Origin: a phage
NCBI GenBank assembly: GCA_014687725.1
Contig: GCA_014687725.1_4094.1
DNA length: 64,000 nt
Direction: 5' to 3' (one strand)
A program made the position numbers and the translations under genes. A model generated the notes under the pieces. The model was not told where the DNA came from and did not search any database. It worked only from the letters and a program-made list of their open reading frames with translations. Positions 20,122 through 29,226 of this stretch are shown here, in pieces (within the stretch, counting starts at the first letter, position 1; each line of letters begins with the position of its first letter).

Positions 20122-21231
20122 TTATTTTGGTAAATCAATTTTAGTAAAGACTGCAACATCCTCGATTGCACCTGGAATGGCGTAATACGATCCAGTACTA
20201 TACACATCTCCATTTTTGGTTAATATCGATGTCAAACCATCACTAAAAAGAACATCTCTAATCTCACTAACTTCAACGGGTAATTGTAAATTGGTAGCAC
20301 TATATATAGCACCAGTTTGAGAATTGTTTAATCCCAAACCACGGTTCGCCCCAACACCCTTCTGATATGTACTAGTAATTACCATTTGTGTAGCAGTATT
20401 TAATGCAGGTGAATTCGTCATAAACAACGGAGAACTATTAGGCAAAGTACTTACAGGAACTGCACGGAATGTAGTCGTACCTGAACTAAGAAAGTTTGGA
20501 GTTTGACCACATACGAAATATGATGTACCATTATAGTAATTTAATGCATTACCACCAATGGCTGCATCGATTACACCAGAACTACGCAATCCCCAAGTGT
20601 TAATTTGTGTTTGGTTCCCCGTACCATGCTGCCCACTACTATTCCATCCAGAACTATATAGCTTATTATCTAATGTAAGATACATACTATCATTCGCATT
20701 GGTCATTACTTTACGAACGTTCGTAGCACATTGAGTTAATGTATAAATTGATGATGAACCAATACCCAAAGAACCACGATATCCATTATCTCCTGCACCA
20801 TAGAGTACTGAATTAGTGCTAAGTACAAATATTAAACCATTTGTACATACAATATTAGCAATTTCACTTACTGGTATAGCATTGGTAAACCAATTAGTCC
20901 TTTCAACTAATACAGTACTGTAAGAAGTAGTCGTAGAAGATGAGAACCAGTACGTTTGACCTGATGTCCATATAGTATTATCATTTTTAATAATAACAAG
21001 TGTACGATCACCCACGAAAAAATTAGAAACATCTGCACTTACTAATATCCATGAAGATACCGTGTTGGTATTACCATTTCCAGATTCACCACCTTGATTT
21101 CTACCTATGTAATATAAATCATGTGAATCAGTCAATAAGAATTGACCTTGTGTAGAAGCACCAACTTTAATTATATTTTTAGGACCAGGTACAATATTTC
21201 CGTACTTAACCATTCTTCCAAAAGGTAACAT
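20122..21231 (-). CDS. RCC1-like repeat propeller protein, putative receptor-binding protein (11/13)
   Basis: Start set at MLPFGRMVKYGN; motif NSSGQHGTGNQT. Confidence 0.72.
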   Translation of the reverse strand: MLPFGRMVKYGNIVPGPKNIIKVGASTQGQFLLTDSHDLYYIGRNQGGESGNGNTNTVSSWILVSADVSNFFVGDRTLVIIKNDNTIWTSGQTYWFSSSTTTSYSTVLVERTNWFTNAIPVSEIANIVCTNGLIFVLSTNSVLYGAGDNGYRGSLGIGSSSIYTLTQCATNVRKVMTNANDSMYLTLDNKLYSSGWNSSGQHGTGNQTQINTWGLRSSGVIDAAIGGNALNYYNGTSYFVCGQTPNFLSSGTTTFRAVPVSTLPNSSPLFMTNSPALNTATQMVITSTYQKGVGANRGLGLNNSQTGAIYSATNLQLPVEVSEIRDVLFSDGLTSILTKNGDVYSTGSYYAIPGAIEDVAVFTKIDLPK

Positions 21232-21304
21232 AAATCCCTCCTTATTCATTATACTATATTTAATACAAAAAAGAAAAGCCAGCATCAAGTACTGGCATAT
21301 CAAA
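21232..21304 (-). promoter_or_regulatory. intergenic terminator + promoter/SD unit
   Basis: Same conserved element. Confidence 0.5.
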
Positions 21305-22453
21305 TCACTGCAAAAATGACATATCGACTTCGGTATAATTAAGAACGTTCTGTCCAGCAATACCTCCCATTACTACAATTGAAGCCCCACAATAATATAA
21401 CTTCGAAGTGTCAGTAAGTATAAGTGAACCAGATGGGGTGCGTACCAAATTACACGAAGTATTAAACGAAGTATATGAAGGGGTATAAGAGTACTGATTA
21501 ATATTATTACCAACACCTAATTGACCAGACGAGTTGCTTCCAGATGCATAAAGTACTTCATCACCTTTAACTATATGTGACGCCATGTTACCAACACAAG
21601 TATATAAACTATAAACTCCTGAACTCAATAATGTTGGAGTTTTGTATTGTATATCTGTAGATGAAGAAGTACCACCTGTGCCAAATTCGTTCCCGTATTG
21701 TGCACCGAACTGTTTACCACATGCGTACAAATTATTATCTGATTTAATAAAAAATGTACTCTGATAACTTACATCAAAATCTATAACATCCGAAGCAATC
21801 ATCGTCACCCCAGTAATAGAAGTTTGATTACCTGTACCTAACTGATAGTAATAGTTAAAACCACAACCCCATAAAGTATTATCTTCTTTTAGGTATATGT
21901 TACCAACTGCCTTTTTAACCGAAGTTATAGTATCTACCCTTTTGAATGTGTTAAAAGAATTAATGTTTGTACCATCACCAAATGATGATAGGTTAGAGTT
22001 ATTGTTAGCTCCACAACAATACAATGTACCATCGTTTGTTATCAAATTTACCTTCATATCATTAAAACTACTCATGTATTTTATATCAGAAACATTAATA
22101 CCACCTGATGTTATCCACGTAGTACATTCCGTCCACAAAGTTTTTCTATCAGTTACACCAGTGAATGCCTTCGTGTTACCAGTGATAAAAACTTTTCCAG
22201 TACCTTTCTCTTCATACAATTGACAATCACTACTGTTATTTTCCAATAGAACTCGTTTAACATTCTCCGCACTAAGAATAAATTTACTCGACGAAACACC
22301 TGTTCCAGTACCCCAATTCGTCGCAGAAGATGCATACAACTTATCAGTATAAGTATCATGAAGATACATGGAATCACTGGAATATATTTTAAAACGTCCA
22401 TCATCACCAGGGGCAATATTCCCGTACTTAATCATTCTAACAAAAGGTAACAT
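21305..22453 (-). CDS. RCC1-like repeat propeller protein, putative receptor-binding protein (12/13)
   Basis: Start set at MLPFVRMIKYGN; motif NSSGQLGVGNN. Confidence 0.75.
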   Translation of the reverse strand: MLPFVRMIKYGNIAPGDDGRFKIYSSDSMYLHDTYTDKLYASSATNWGTGTGVSSSKFILSAENVKRVLLENNSSDCQLYEEKGTGKVFITGNTKAFTGVTDRKTLWTECTTWITSGGINVSDIKYMSSFNDMKVNLITNDGTLYCCGANNNSNLSSFGDGTNINSFNTFKRVDTITSVKKAVGNIYLKEDNTLWGCGFNYYYQLGTGNQTSITGVTMIASDVIDFDVSYQSTFFIKSDNNLYACGKQFGAQYGNEFGTGGTSSSTDIQYKTPTLLSSGVYSLYTCVGNMASHIVKGDEVLYASGSNSSGQLGVGNNINQYSYTPSYTSFNTSCNLVRTPSGSLILTDTSKLYYCGASIVVMGGIAGQNVLNYTEVDMSFLQ

Positions 22454-22555
22454 ATTTCCCTCCTTATTCATTATATCATATTTACCCCATAAAGAAAACC
22501 CTTGACATCCTTTCAGTACTGGTGTACTATAGAAGGAATATAAGGAGAACTACAC
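22454..22555. promoter_or_regulatory. divergent promoter region between minus-strand MLPFGR cluster and plus-strand family-A array
   Basis: Plus strand TTGACA, 17 nt, TACTAT then AAGGAG before 22556; minus strand TATAAT-like box and AAGGAGG. Confidence 0.45.
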
Positions 22556-22783
22556 ATGACAAATACTCTTAAGCACTACCTCAATACTCTAAATGAACTA
22601 GAGTACGGGGAATTTCTCGCGGATAGTTCGTGGCTAATTGAGCTAAAAAATTATAATAGTCCAGGATGCACCCTTATGATGAACAATGCAATTGATACCC
22701 TCATTGTGAGTATTTTACACAGCAACATCTGCGGGGATAGCAATAAACAATTATCAAAAATCTTAGTACTGCTATCTATATGA
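22556..22783 (+). CDS. family-A small protein (1/19)
   Basis: ~60-75 aa, hydrophobic/aromatic C-terminus; AAGGAG SD. Confidence 0.5.
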   Translation: MTNTLKHYLNTLNELEYGEFLADSSWLIELKNYNSPGCTLMMNNAIDTLIVSILHSNICGDSNKQLSKILVLLSI

Positions 22784-22983
22784 ACATTGAACAGTACTAC
22801 ATCGATGCACTACCAACAAAAGGTCTACGAGAAAGCCTACTGTATACACAAAATACTTTTATACACTACAAACGTTGTCCTAAACTCCTGAACTCGTACA
22901 GGAGTAATATCATAAGAAATGCTTTACAAGGGGCAGAAAGTATGCAATACTATTATATCCTTGCCCTTTTAATCGAGTACTAA
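22780..22983 (+). CDS. family-A small protein (2/19)
   Basis: ATGA overlap; ends LALLIEY. Confidence 0.5.
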   Translation: MNIEQYYIDALPTKGLRESLLYTQNTFIHYKRCPKLLNSYRSNIIRNALQGAESMQYYYILALLIEY

Positions 22984-22984
22984 T

Positions 22985-23194
22985 ATGAATACTGAACATA
23001 AAGAATTCTACACCAAATACCTTAGCAACGAAGAACAATTGTTTCTAAGGAGTGTATCACCTGTAAGTACCAATACTCACTTCGGTAGAGATTGCTTTAA
23101 TAATTGTATACGTAGTACTCTAGAAGCAATCGAATGCAATAACAAAAATATTATGTACTCAGGTTTAATAGGACTAATCTACTTCTATGAATAA
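22985..23194 (+). CDS. family-A small protein (3/19)
   Basis: MNTEHKEFYTKYL...; near-duplicate of 25998 gene. Confidence 0.55.
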   Translation: MNTEHKEFYTKYLSNEEQLFLRSVSPVSTNTHFGRDCFNNCIRSTLEAIECNNKNIMYSGLIGLIYFYE

Positions 23195-23381
23195 TCATAA
23201 AGATTTCTATGGTAGTAAACTACACAAGCAAGACCAGCTATCATTCTCTTTAGCACCACCTATGAGAAAGGATAATCTATATTACAATTACGATTTCAGG
23301 ATGGCGACACGTTATGCAATAGAACATCAGTTCCCTGAAACTAAGTACCGCTCTATCCTGAACCTCATCTTTAAGTTCTAA
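23187..23381 (+). CDS. family-A small protein (4/19)
   Basis: MNNHKDFY start; overlap with previous. Confidence 0.5.
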   Translation: MNNHKDFYGSKLHKQDQLSFSLAPPMRKDNLYYNYDFRMATRYAIEHQFPETKYRSILNLIFKF

Positions 23382-23433
23382 AAGGTGCAACAGGAACCGA
23401 GTACTTTAATATAGTAAGGCTAATTACATTATA

Positions 23434-23619
23434 ATGAATCATATAAGCTACTACTACCAACAACTATCAGACAGAGACAAGTACAGTCACAACTCCCATG
23501 TGTGGTACTACAAACGCGGCAGTATAAGAGACAAACAACATTACTTCTGTATTTCTATTAAAGAAGCACTGACAACTAAGTACACGTACCGAGCAGTACT
23601 GAAACTTATTGAAATGTAA
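23434..23619 (+). CDS. family-A small protein (5/19)
   Basis: ~61 aa, ends KLIEM. Confidence 0.5.
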   Translation: MNHISYYYQQLSDRDKYSHNSHVWYYKRGSIRDKQHYFCISIKEALTTKYTYRAVLKLIEM

Positions 23620-23627
23620 GGAAGAAA

Positions 23628-23810
23628 ATGAACATAGAATTCTATTTAACTAAACTACAACACGCCGAAAGATTCAACTTCAATAAGTTCAATATTTTCT
23701 ACAATTGCGGGAACAAAAAAGATAAACACACCTTCCTATATGTCGTCACAAGAGATGCACAAAACGAAAAGTACACATACAGAGAAGTAATGAAACTAAT
23801 CGCTATTTAA
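23628..23810 (+). CDS. family-A small protein (6/19)
   Basis: Close paralog of previous (KYTYREVMKLIAI). Confidence 0.5.
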   Translation: MNIEFYLTKLQHAERFNFNKFNIFYNCGNKKDKHTFLYVVTRDAQNEKYTYREVMKLIAI

Positions 23811-23818
23811 GGAATACT

Positions 23819-23998
23819 ATGCAACAATTCTATAGAGAACGTATAACCATAAAAGACCGTTTCATGTACGACACCTTCGTGAAGTACTACAAACTAGGAA
23901 CAAAAAGTACTAAAAATATTAATCTCAATAGCTGCATTTATGCTGTACTAACACAAGATAATCCCTACAGGGAAATCCTCGCCCTGGCATCTATATAA
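23819..23998 (+). CDS. family-A small protein (7/19, 59 aa)
   Basis: Below track cutoff; MQQFYRER..., ends ILALASI. Confidence 0.4.
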   Translation: MQQFYRERITIKDRFMYDTFVKYYKLGTKSTKNINLNSCIYAVLTQDNPYREILALASI

Positions 23999-24008
23999 AG
24001 GAAACCAA

Positions 24009-24680
24009 ATGAAACTTAATGCACACAGCAAACAATACCTTAAGCACTTTAAGTACCTCAATAGTATTCAGGCAGAATCAGTTACATCTGCATATACGTA
24101 TCACCCGAATGTACTAAAGAAACGAAATAAAAAGGAAAAATCCAGTACAAATGGAGTTAACGTATCAAAGAACCTTGAATTGTACATGAAGAAAAATAAT
24201 ATAGCTGTTCATTATATGAATATCTATAATACTGATTTAAAAGTATTGAGTACTAATACGAGCACAAAGGTACTAAAGAACGCATCCTTCATCATCAATA
24301 TGCAGTTGGATAATACCCCGTGCACTTTAATGCTATACTTCGGGAATACATACTTCTTCGGGAATTGTAACACCTCCCACGATGTCAATACAGCACAATT
24401 CCAAATGGGTGGCATATACAATATGGGTTCAAAAAAAGTACACGAGAATATGCACTTCTGGCAAGCACAACGTACAGAAGAAACTAAATCAATTGTAGAT
24501 TTCCTCAAAGAACTAGAACACAAAGAACTACAGGAAGAAGAACTATTCATGTACAGTACTGTAATCGATAATCCAGTACTCTATAAAAACGCGTACAATC
24601 TGACAAAACATGTACAGGAAATTATCAGTACTAATAAGAAAATGCATCACCTCATTACGTATATTACAAACTATGTATAA
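24009..24680 (+). CDS. hypothetical protein (223 aa)
   Basis: Largest ORF in the family-A block; relationship to family A unclear. Confidence 0.5.
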   Translation: MKLNAHSKQYLKHFKYLNSIQAESVTSAYTYHPNVLKKRNKKEKSSTNGVNVSKNLELYMKKNNIAVHYMNIYNTDLKVLSTNTSTKVLKNASFIINMQLDNTPCTLMLYFGNTYFFGNCNTSHDVNTAQFQMGGIYNMGSKKVHENMHFWQAQRTEETKSIVDFLKELEHKELQEEELFMYSTVIDNPVLYKNAYNLTKHVQEIISTNKKMHHLITYITNYV

Positions 24681-24855
24681 AGAATACTACCAAGAACATC
24701 TCCCAATGCATCTCCAACACCTTGTACCCAAAGAACCAATAGGAATAAAAGATCACGCAAAAATAATGTTCCAACAATGTACTAAGTACACGCTCATATA
24801 CGATGATAATCCATATATGCTGTACTACGTAGTAATGCTAACATTCAGGTACTAA
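24673..24855 (+). CDS. family-A small protein (9/19)
   Basis: Start moved to ATG at MYKEYYQEHL; ends LTFRY. Confidence 0.5.
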   Translation: MYKEYYQEHLPMHLQHLVPKEPIGIKDHAKIMFQQCTKYTLIYDDNPYMLYYVVMLTFRY

Positions 24856-24856
24856 T

Positions 24857-25036
24857 ATGCACAAACATAAAGAATTCTACCTCTCGTACCTTAATTCCGA
24901 TATAGTAACATCCAATACCTTCAGTACTAAAATTATCTATAATGAATTAATAAAAGAATGTATTAAAGGTGCTATTAACCCTAAAGATACGTATGACTTG
25001 TACTATGCAGTACTAACCCTTGTTTTCACGAAATAA
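24857..25036 (+). CDS. family-A small protein (10/19, 59 aa)
   Basis: Below track cutoff; MHKHKEFYLSYL... Confidence 0.4.
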   Translation: MHKHKEFYLSYLNSDIVTSNTFSTKIIYNELIKECIKGAINPKDTYDLYYAVLTLVFTK

Positions 25037-25044
25037 CACATAAT

Positions 25045-25236
25045 ATGAATAACCACAAAGAATACTACATAGAGAAACTCCCAATGTATCTCCAACACCT
25101 TGTACCAAACGTTGCATTGGGTATAGAAAAAAACTACGAAAAAGACTACTTCATTCAGTGCACTAAATCCTCGATATATATTGACGACTATAATCGAGTA
25201 CTGTATCACATCCTTTTACTAATATATAGGTACTAA
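25045..25236 (+). CDS. family-A small protein (11/19)
   Basis: MNNHKEYYIEKLPMYLQHLVP..., ends LLIYRY. Confidence 0.55.
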   Translation: MNNHKEYYIEKLPMYLQHLVPNVALGIEKNYEKDYFIQCTKSSIYIDDYNRVLYHILLLIYRY

Positions 25237-25237
25237 T

Positions 25238-25420
25238 ATGCACAAAGAATACTACACACAATTTCTCCCCAGCATTTTTGAACACTACGCCAGATATAAA
25301 GTCCCTATGGATAACGATTTGGCAGTACTGGGATTCAATAACTGCATAGAACGAAGTATAGAAAATAGTAGTAGTTATGACCAGCTATATAACACTATCC
25401 TACTTATATTCAGGTACTAA
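25238..25420 (+). CDS. family-A small protein (12/19)
   Basis: MHKEYYTQFLP..., ends LLIFRY. Confidence 0.55.
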   Translation: MHKEYYTQFLPSIFEHYARYKVPMDNDLAVLGFNNCIERSIENSSSYDQLYNTILLIFRY

Positions 25421-25421
25421 C

Positions 25422-25610
25422 ATGCATAAAGAATACTACACAAAATATTTCCCAATGTACCTCAGAACTAATCTATTAGATAAACCTCGCGGTATCAATG
25501 CACAAAATGATAAAGTGTATTTTACTATGTGCACTAAAGCATGTATACTAGATTTTGACAGCTATCATCGAGTACTGTATCATACCCTGTACCTAGCTTT
25601 CGTATTCTAA
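25422..25610 (+). CDS. family-A small protein (13/19)
   Basis: Start moved to MHKEYYTKYFPMYL. Confidence 0.5.
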   Translation: MHKEYYTKYFPMYLRTNLLDKPRGINAQNDKVYFTMCTKACILDFDSYHRVLYHTLYLAFVF

Positions 25611-25619
25611 GAGAACAAT

Positions 25620-25805
25620 ATGCATAAAGAATTCTACTTAAGCCATCTGGATCTAAACTCCCAAATGCTTATACCACTAATCCCAATAGATATCAAGGAT
25701 AAGAAAAATACCGAACAATTCATTTACCATACACAGTGTGCGATCACCCCAAATTACATTCCATATGAATTGTACTACATTATCGCCCTAATATATAGGT
25801 ACTAA
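25620..25805 (+). CDS. family-A small protein (14/19)
   Basis: MHKEFYLSHL..., ends ALIYRY. Confidence 0.55.
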   Translation: MHKEFYLSHLDLNSQMLIPLIPIDIKDKKNTEQFIYHTQCAITPNYIPYELYYIIALIYRY

Positions 25806-25806
25806 T

Positions 25807-25992
25807 ATGCATAGAGAATACTACACACAATTTGTTAAAGGGAACTACAAACATGCCGTACCCAGAACCCCTTTAAATTCTCATGACCCAAGTACTATAT
25901 TCTTGTTCCATGACGCAATACGTACAGTACTCAATACTAAAGATGAAGATGTGCAGTACGTATTCTTACTATTACTTATATACAGACACTAA
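25807..25992 (+). CDS. family-A small protein (15/19)
   Basis: MHREYYTQFV..., ends LLLIYRH. Confidence 0.55.
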   Translation: MHREYYTQFVKGNYKHAVPRTPLNSHDPSTIFLFHDAIRTVLNTKDEDVQYVFLLLLIYRH

Positions 25993-25997
25993 CTAAT

Positions 25998-26207
25998 ATG
26001 AATAAAGAACATAAAGAATTCTACTCCAAATACATAAGCCCCTCAGAACAAATGTTTCTAAGGACTACACCACCTTTAAGTACTAATACATATTTCGGCA
26101 GAGTATGCTACAATAATTGTATTCAAATGACTTTAAACGCAAACGAAGATGGTAACAGTACTAACCTGTACTCAGGTATCATAGGTATACTATTCCTGTA
26201 TGAATAA
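25998..26207 (+). CDS. family-A small protein (16/19)
   Basis: MNKEHKEFYSKYISPSEQMFLRT...; near-duplicate of 22985 gene. Confidence 0.55.
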   Translation: MNKEHKEFYSKYISPSEQMFLRTTPPLSTNTYFGRVCYNNCIQMTLNANEDGNSTNLYSGIIGILFLYE

Positions 26208-26388
26208 TTACAAAGACTTCTATTTGAATACACTACCTACTGTACTTTCTCTAAGTGCTCAATGTAAAATCCCGCTGGATAATGCTTACGCCAGATATAG
26301 CTATTCCATAACTGTTAATCGATGTATAGAGAATCATTGCAGTACTAACCAGTACTATAACATAATCCTACTTATATTCAGGTACTAA
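26200..26388 (+). CDS. family-A small protein (17/19)
   Basis: MNNYKDFY..., ends LLIFRY. Confidence 0.55.
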   Translation: MNNYKDFYLNTLPTVLSLSAQCKIPLDNAYARYSYSITVNRCIENHCSTNQYYNIILLIFRY

Positions 26389-26389
26389 T

Positions 26390-26572
26390 ATGAATAAAGA
26401 ACATAAAGAATTCTATATACGAAAACTAACATTCGTCCCCGTAAGAATATATAAAGAATGCGACCCAAGATTATACCTATGGCACTTCAATGAGTGCATA
26501 AAAGATTCTATATACCCTAAGAACTACAAAGAACAATTGTGCTCAGTACTAACACTAGTACTATCATATTAA
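26390..26572 (+). CDS. family-A small protein (18/19)
   Basis: MNKEHKEFYIRKL... Confidence 0.55.
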   Translation: MNKEHKEFYIRKLTFVPVRIYKECDPRLYLWHFNECIKDSIYPKNYKEQLCSVLTLVLSY

Positions 26573-26587
26573 TTAATAGAGAATACT

Positions 26588-26779
26588 ATGTATAAAAACT
26601 TCTATATAAGTAAACTAAAAGAAAATGAACAAGTATGGATTAGATCTATAATTCCACTGGCATTTAATAGATATGCATTTAACAGATGTACCGAGATTGC
26701 TATAGACCCTTATAATATTAAAGAGAATGTACAGTATAATCAGTACTACTATATCTTAATGCTTATATATAGGAAGTAA
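26588..26779 (+). CDS. family-A small protein (19/19)
   Basis: MYKNFYISKL..., ends MLIYRK. Confidence 0.55.
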   Translation: MYKNFYISKLKENEQVWIRSIIPLAFNRYAFNRCTEIAIDPYNIKENVQYNQYYYILMLIYRK

Positions 26780-26954
26780 TTAAACACAAGTAGACAGGGG
26801 AAGCTCCTAGTGAACAACCTTTATGTACAGGCGAATTGTTAAAATTCAGCCTGGACAAATGCGATCACTAGGATTCTCCCCAGGCTAAACCCCGTAATCA
26901 TAGGTAGTCATAAGTAATCATATATAAACATTTAAGTAATCATTTATAATCACT

Positions 26955-26983
26955 GTAGTGATCAGTAGTGATCAGTAGTGAGT
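26955..26983. repeat. tandem 10-bp repeat GTAGTGATCA (about 2.8 copies) flanked by TAATCA repeats
   Basis: gtagtgatcagtagtgatcagtagtgagtact; GTAATCA repeated several times in 26890-27130. Confidence 0.5.
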
Positions 26984-27620
26984 ACTAGAGTACAGGAATG
27001 TTCACGTTTAATCAAGAACGTAGCAGTACTGATATGCCACTAAGTAGGCAGAGGAAGTCTGCCGTACTTTGTAGTTTCCAAGCTCCTTTTCCATTTTTCA
27101 AATTACATCAAATGTAATCAAAAGTAATCACGCAATGATTAGTACTGAATTATTACTTTCACCTTAATTTCAATTACCCCTTTACCCTTCGGGGTAAAAT
27201 TCCATTACCCCTTGAGGCTCCAGCAAAAAGTTGGTTAGTACTCCATCCTAAATCTCGATCCTAAAAATTTTGGAGTACCTATGAAATAAAAGTTGGATCT
27301 TCGAAAGTTGAAATTTACGTTGGGACGTTTATGATTTGTGGGATATAATGATGTTTGTAGTCGGGTAGTTCTCAAGAATATCAGTACTGAATGGTGAAAG
27401 AAAGTTATTGACATTATGATTCAGTACTGTATAATGTTCTACATAGAGAGATGAGTTGCTGCGAACAATTCATTTACTCTACCTCCTGTCGTGAGACAGT
27501 ACAGAAAAGATAGTTCCTCCTGTGGTGGTACATCTTTTTGAACCTCATATGAAAATCGTAATAACAGTACTGATATTAACAGAATGGTGTCAGTACTGAT
27601 TTTAATCTAAAGCATTATGC

Positions 27621-27639
27621 CACCAGCTTGTGCTGGTGG
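27621..27639. repeat. perfect inverted repeat CCACCAGC-ttgt-GCTGGTGG (Chi octamer in both orientations)
   Basis: Direct reading; hairpin-capable palindrome containing Chi. Confidence 0.6.
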
Positions 27640-27785
27640 ATTCCCTCTAACAGTATTCAGTACTACATGATGGTCTTCATCCTCCTAGGGTAACATAGTG
27701 AGGGCTATGATGGCAGTACTGAATACTCCCTTTCAAAAGATAGATCTATGGTATAGTACTGACGGATTTTGGGTGTAGTTACCCT

Positions 27786-27945
27786 GGATGGATTTTGGAC
27801 GTAGATATGTCTAGTCCTCCAGAAGTCTGGAAGTAAAGATGGCTATCCATCTAGACGGCTAAACGGCTAGATTTCTGGATGGCTGGATGGCTAGACGTTT
27901 GGACGGCTAGATGGTTACACGTCTGGAAGTATAGACGGCTAAATC
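27786..27945. repeat. iteron-like cluster of short direct repeats (GACGGCTARA, GGATGGCT, TCTGGAAGTA) followed by AT-rich tract
   Basis: At least 8 imperfect repeat units in ~150 bp, then aaaattttattttgtttttt. Confidence 0.55.
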
Positions 27946-28685
27946 AAAATTTTATTTTGTTTTTTCCAATAGTTCCCCTACCGCGTGGGGATAGTTTCCC
28001 CGCAGTATCTGGAGTTAGATTTTTCTGAATCTGGAATCATTATCTTATAAACTGGGGGCAATGTCAACGGCCTGGACGGATATTTTTAAAAATTTTTTCA
28101 GTACTGAATTTTGGGCGTAACTATGCACCCGGTGGGCTTGAGTCTTTCTCGACTTGATGGAACTATTATACAGTACTGGAAAAATAAAGCAATACCCTGG
28201 AAGCAAAAAAGTTTTAATTAATTTGCTTGCTATCCTGGGCCGGACTATGGTACTATATTTCAGTACTGAGAAAGTGCTTTTACCTGCTAGGGTGCGGGAG
28301 TGTATCCTTTTTAAATTTACTGAATTTTGGGCGTAGTTCCGCACCCTGTGGGTTAGTGCCTTGTGTCCGGCTTATGTAGTAATTATACGCTTTTTCAGGA
28401 TCAAGTCAATACCTAAAAACAAAATAATTGAAAATAATTTAACGCGTTTAAACGGCCCGTAAAGCCCTGGAATGATTGGAATGGTGCAAATGTATAGCTT
28501 AGGTGTATTAATGCGTTAGAATGCGTCTGAGGCCGTTTTATGGGGTGTAGTAGTGATTTGGTTGATTCAGTACTGAATGATAGTACTACTATATAGAAAG
28601 ATAGTTCCCCTGGATGGTTGCAGTACTGAAAGATAGTTCCCCTATATAGAAAGAAAACTATTTTAAAAGTATTTGTAGAAAGTAC

Positions 28686-28713
28686 TTGCAAAGTATTGGG
28701 AAAGGTGTAGAAT
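28686..28713 (+). promoter_or_regulatory. early-type sigma70-like promoter (type 1)
   Basis: AGTACTTGCAA -35, 16-nt spacer, TAGAAT -10, then gTTTTACATcgag and 5' hairpin; this architecture recurs >20 times in 28.7-47 kb. Confidence 0.5.
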
Positions 28714-28770
28714 GTTTTACATCGAGACGGGGGATACGCTCCCGACTCACTTTTAAAAGAGATTAAAACG

Positions 28771-29133
28771 ATGGCGACTCAAATCAATACTATCATGCTT
28801 AACCTGGTTTCTTTCCGTGAAGAGATGAAAGATCTTCCCGCTGAGACTGTACGGATTCACATTGCAGCTTATCGGGAATTGATTGCAATGCTGCCGCTTA
28901 AGCGTGAACAGTACGCCGCTACTGCAATGCTGGACGCAATGATACATAAGATGATCCAGACTGATTTAACGATGGCTTATCAGTACATGGGCGAAATGTT
29001 TGCAGTGTATAGCAAGCCAGTACCAGGAATGGAAAGTACAGAAGTATTACACGGCTTAAACTTAAAACAAGATGCATGGGATAATATGCCTCGTTTCCTG
29101 GTATGGGCTGATAGTGGAAAGATTTACGAATAA
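28771..29133 (+). CDS. hypothetical early protein
   Basis: Own promoter and leader hairpin; ATG start. Confidence 0.6.
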   Translation: MATQINTIMLNLVSFREEMKDLPAETVRIHIAAYRELIAMLPLKREQYAATAMLDAMIHKMIQTDLTMAYQYMGEMFAVYSKPVPGMESTEVLHGLNLKQDAWDNMPRFLVWADSGKIYE

Positions 29134-29147
29134 GTTTTTAAAAGTAC

Positions 29148-29175
29148 TTGCAAAGTAAGTTTAAAGGCGTATAAT
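29148..29175 (+). promoter_or_regulatory. early-type promoter (type 1)
   Basis: TTGCAA, 16 nt, TATAAT. Confidence 0.5.
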
Positions 29176-29187
29176 ACTTTACATCAG

Positions 29188-29207
29188 GTGGGGAATAGTT
29201 CCCCACT
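29188..29207 (+). promoter_or_regulatory. conserved 5'-UTR stem-loop (example copy)
   Basis: GTGGGGA-atagt-TCCCCAC between -10 box and SD. Confidence 0.5.
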
Positions 29208-29226
29208 ATATAAGAGGATTAAAAAA

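Larger units (their letters stand above)
26780..28700. other. ~1.9-kb gene-free repeat-rich region (candidate replication origin / regulatory hub)
   Basis: No credible ORF; direct repeats, palindromes, AT-rich tract and many TCAGTACTGA motifs. Confidence 0.5.

Noticed and set aside
8268-22471. T4-type late promoter (TATAAATA) upstream of the cassette genes
   Set aside because: The conserved upstream box reads TATTAAATATAGTATAATGAAT; an exact TATAAATA is absent, so no T4-late assignment is made.
8268-22471. Diversity-generating retroelement as the source of cassette variation
   Set aside because: No reverse transcriptase ORF or template/variable repeat pair is visible; variation looks like duplication and divergence.
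28045-28344. ORFs 28045-28344 (-) and 28154-28336 (+) in the repeat hub
   Set aside because: No RBS, they span dispersed-repeat copies, and there is no similarity to anything else in the window.
26780-28700. tRNA genes in the gene-free region
   Set aside because: Found no cloverleaf-compatible segment with a GTTCRANYC T-loop and matching acceptor stem by eye; a tRNAscan run would be needed to be sure.
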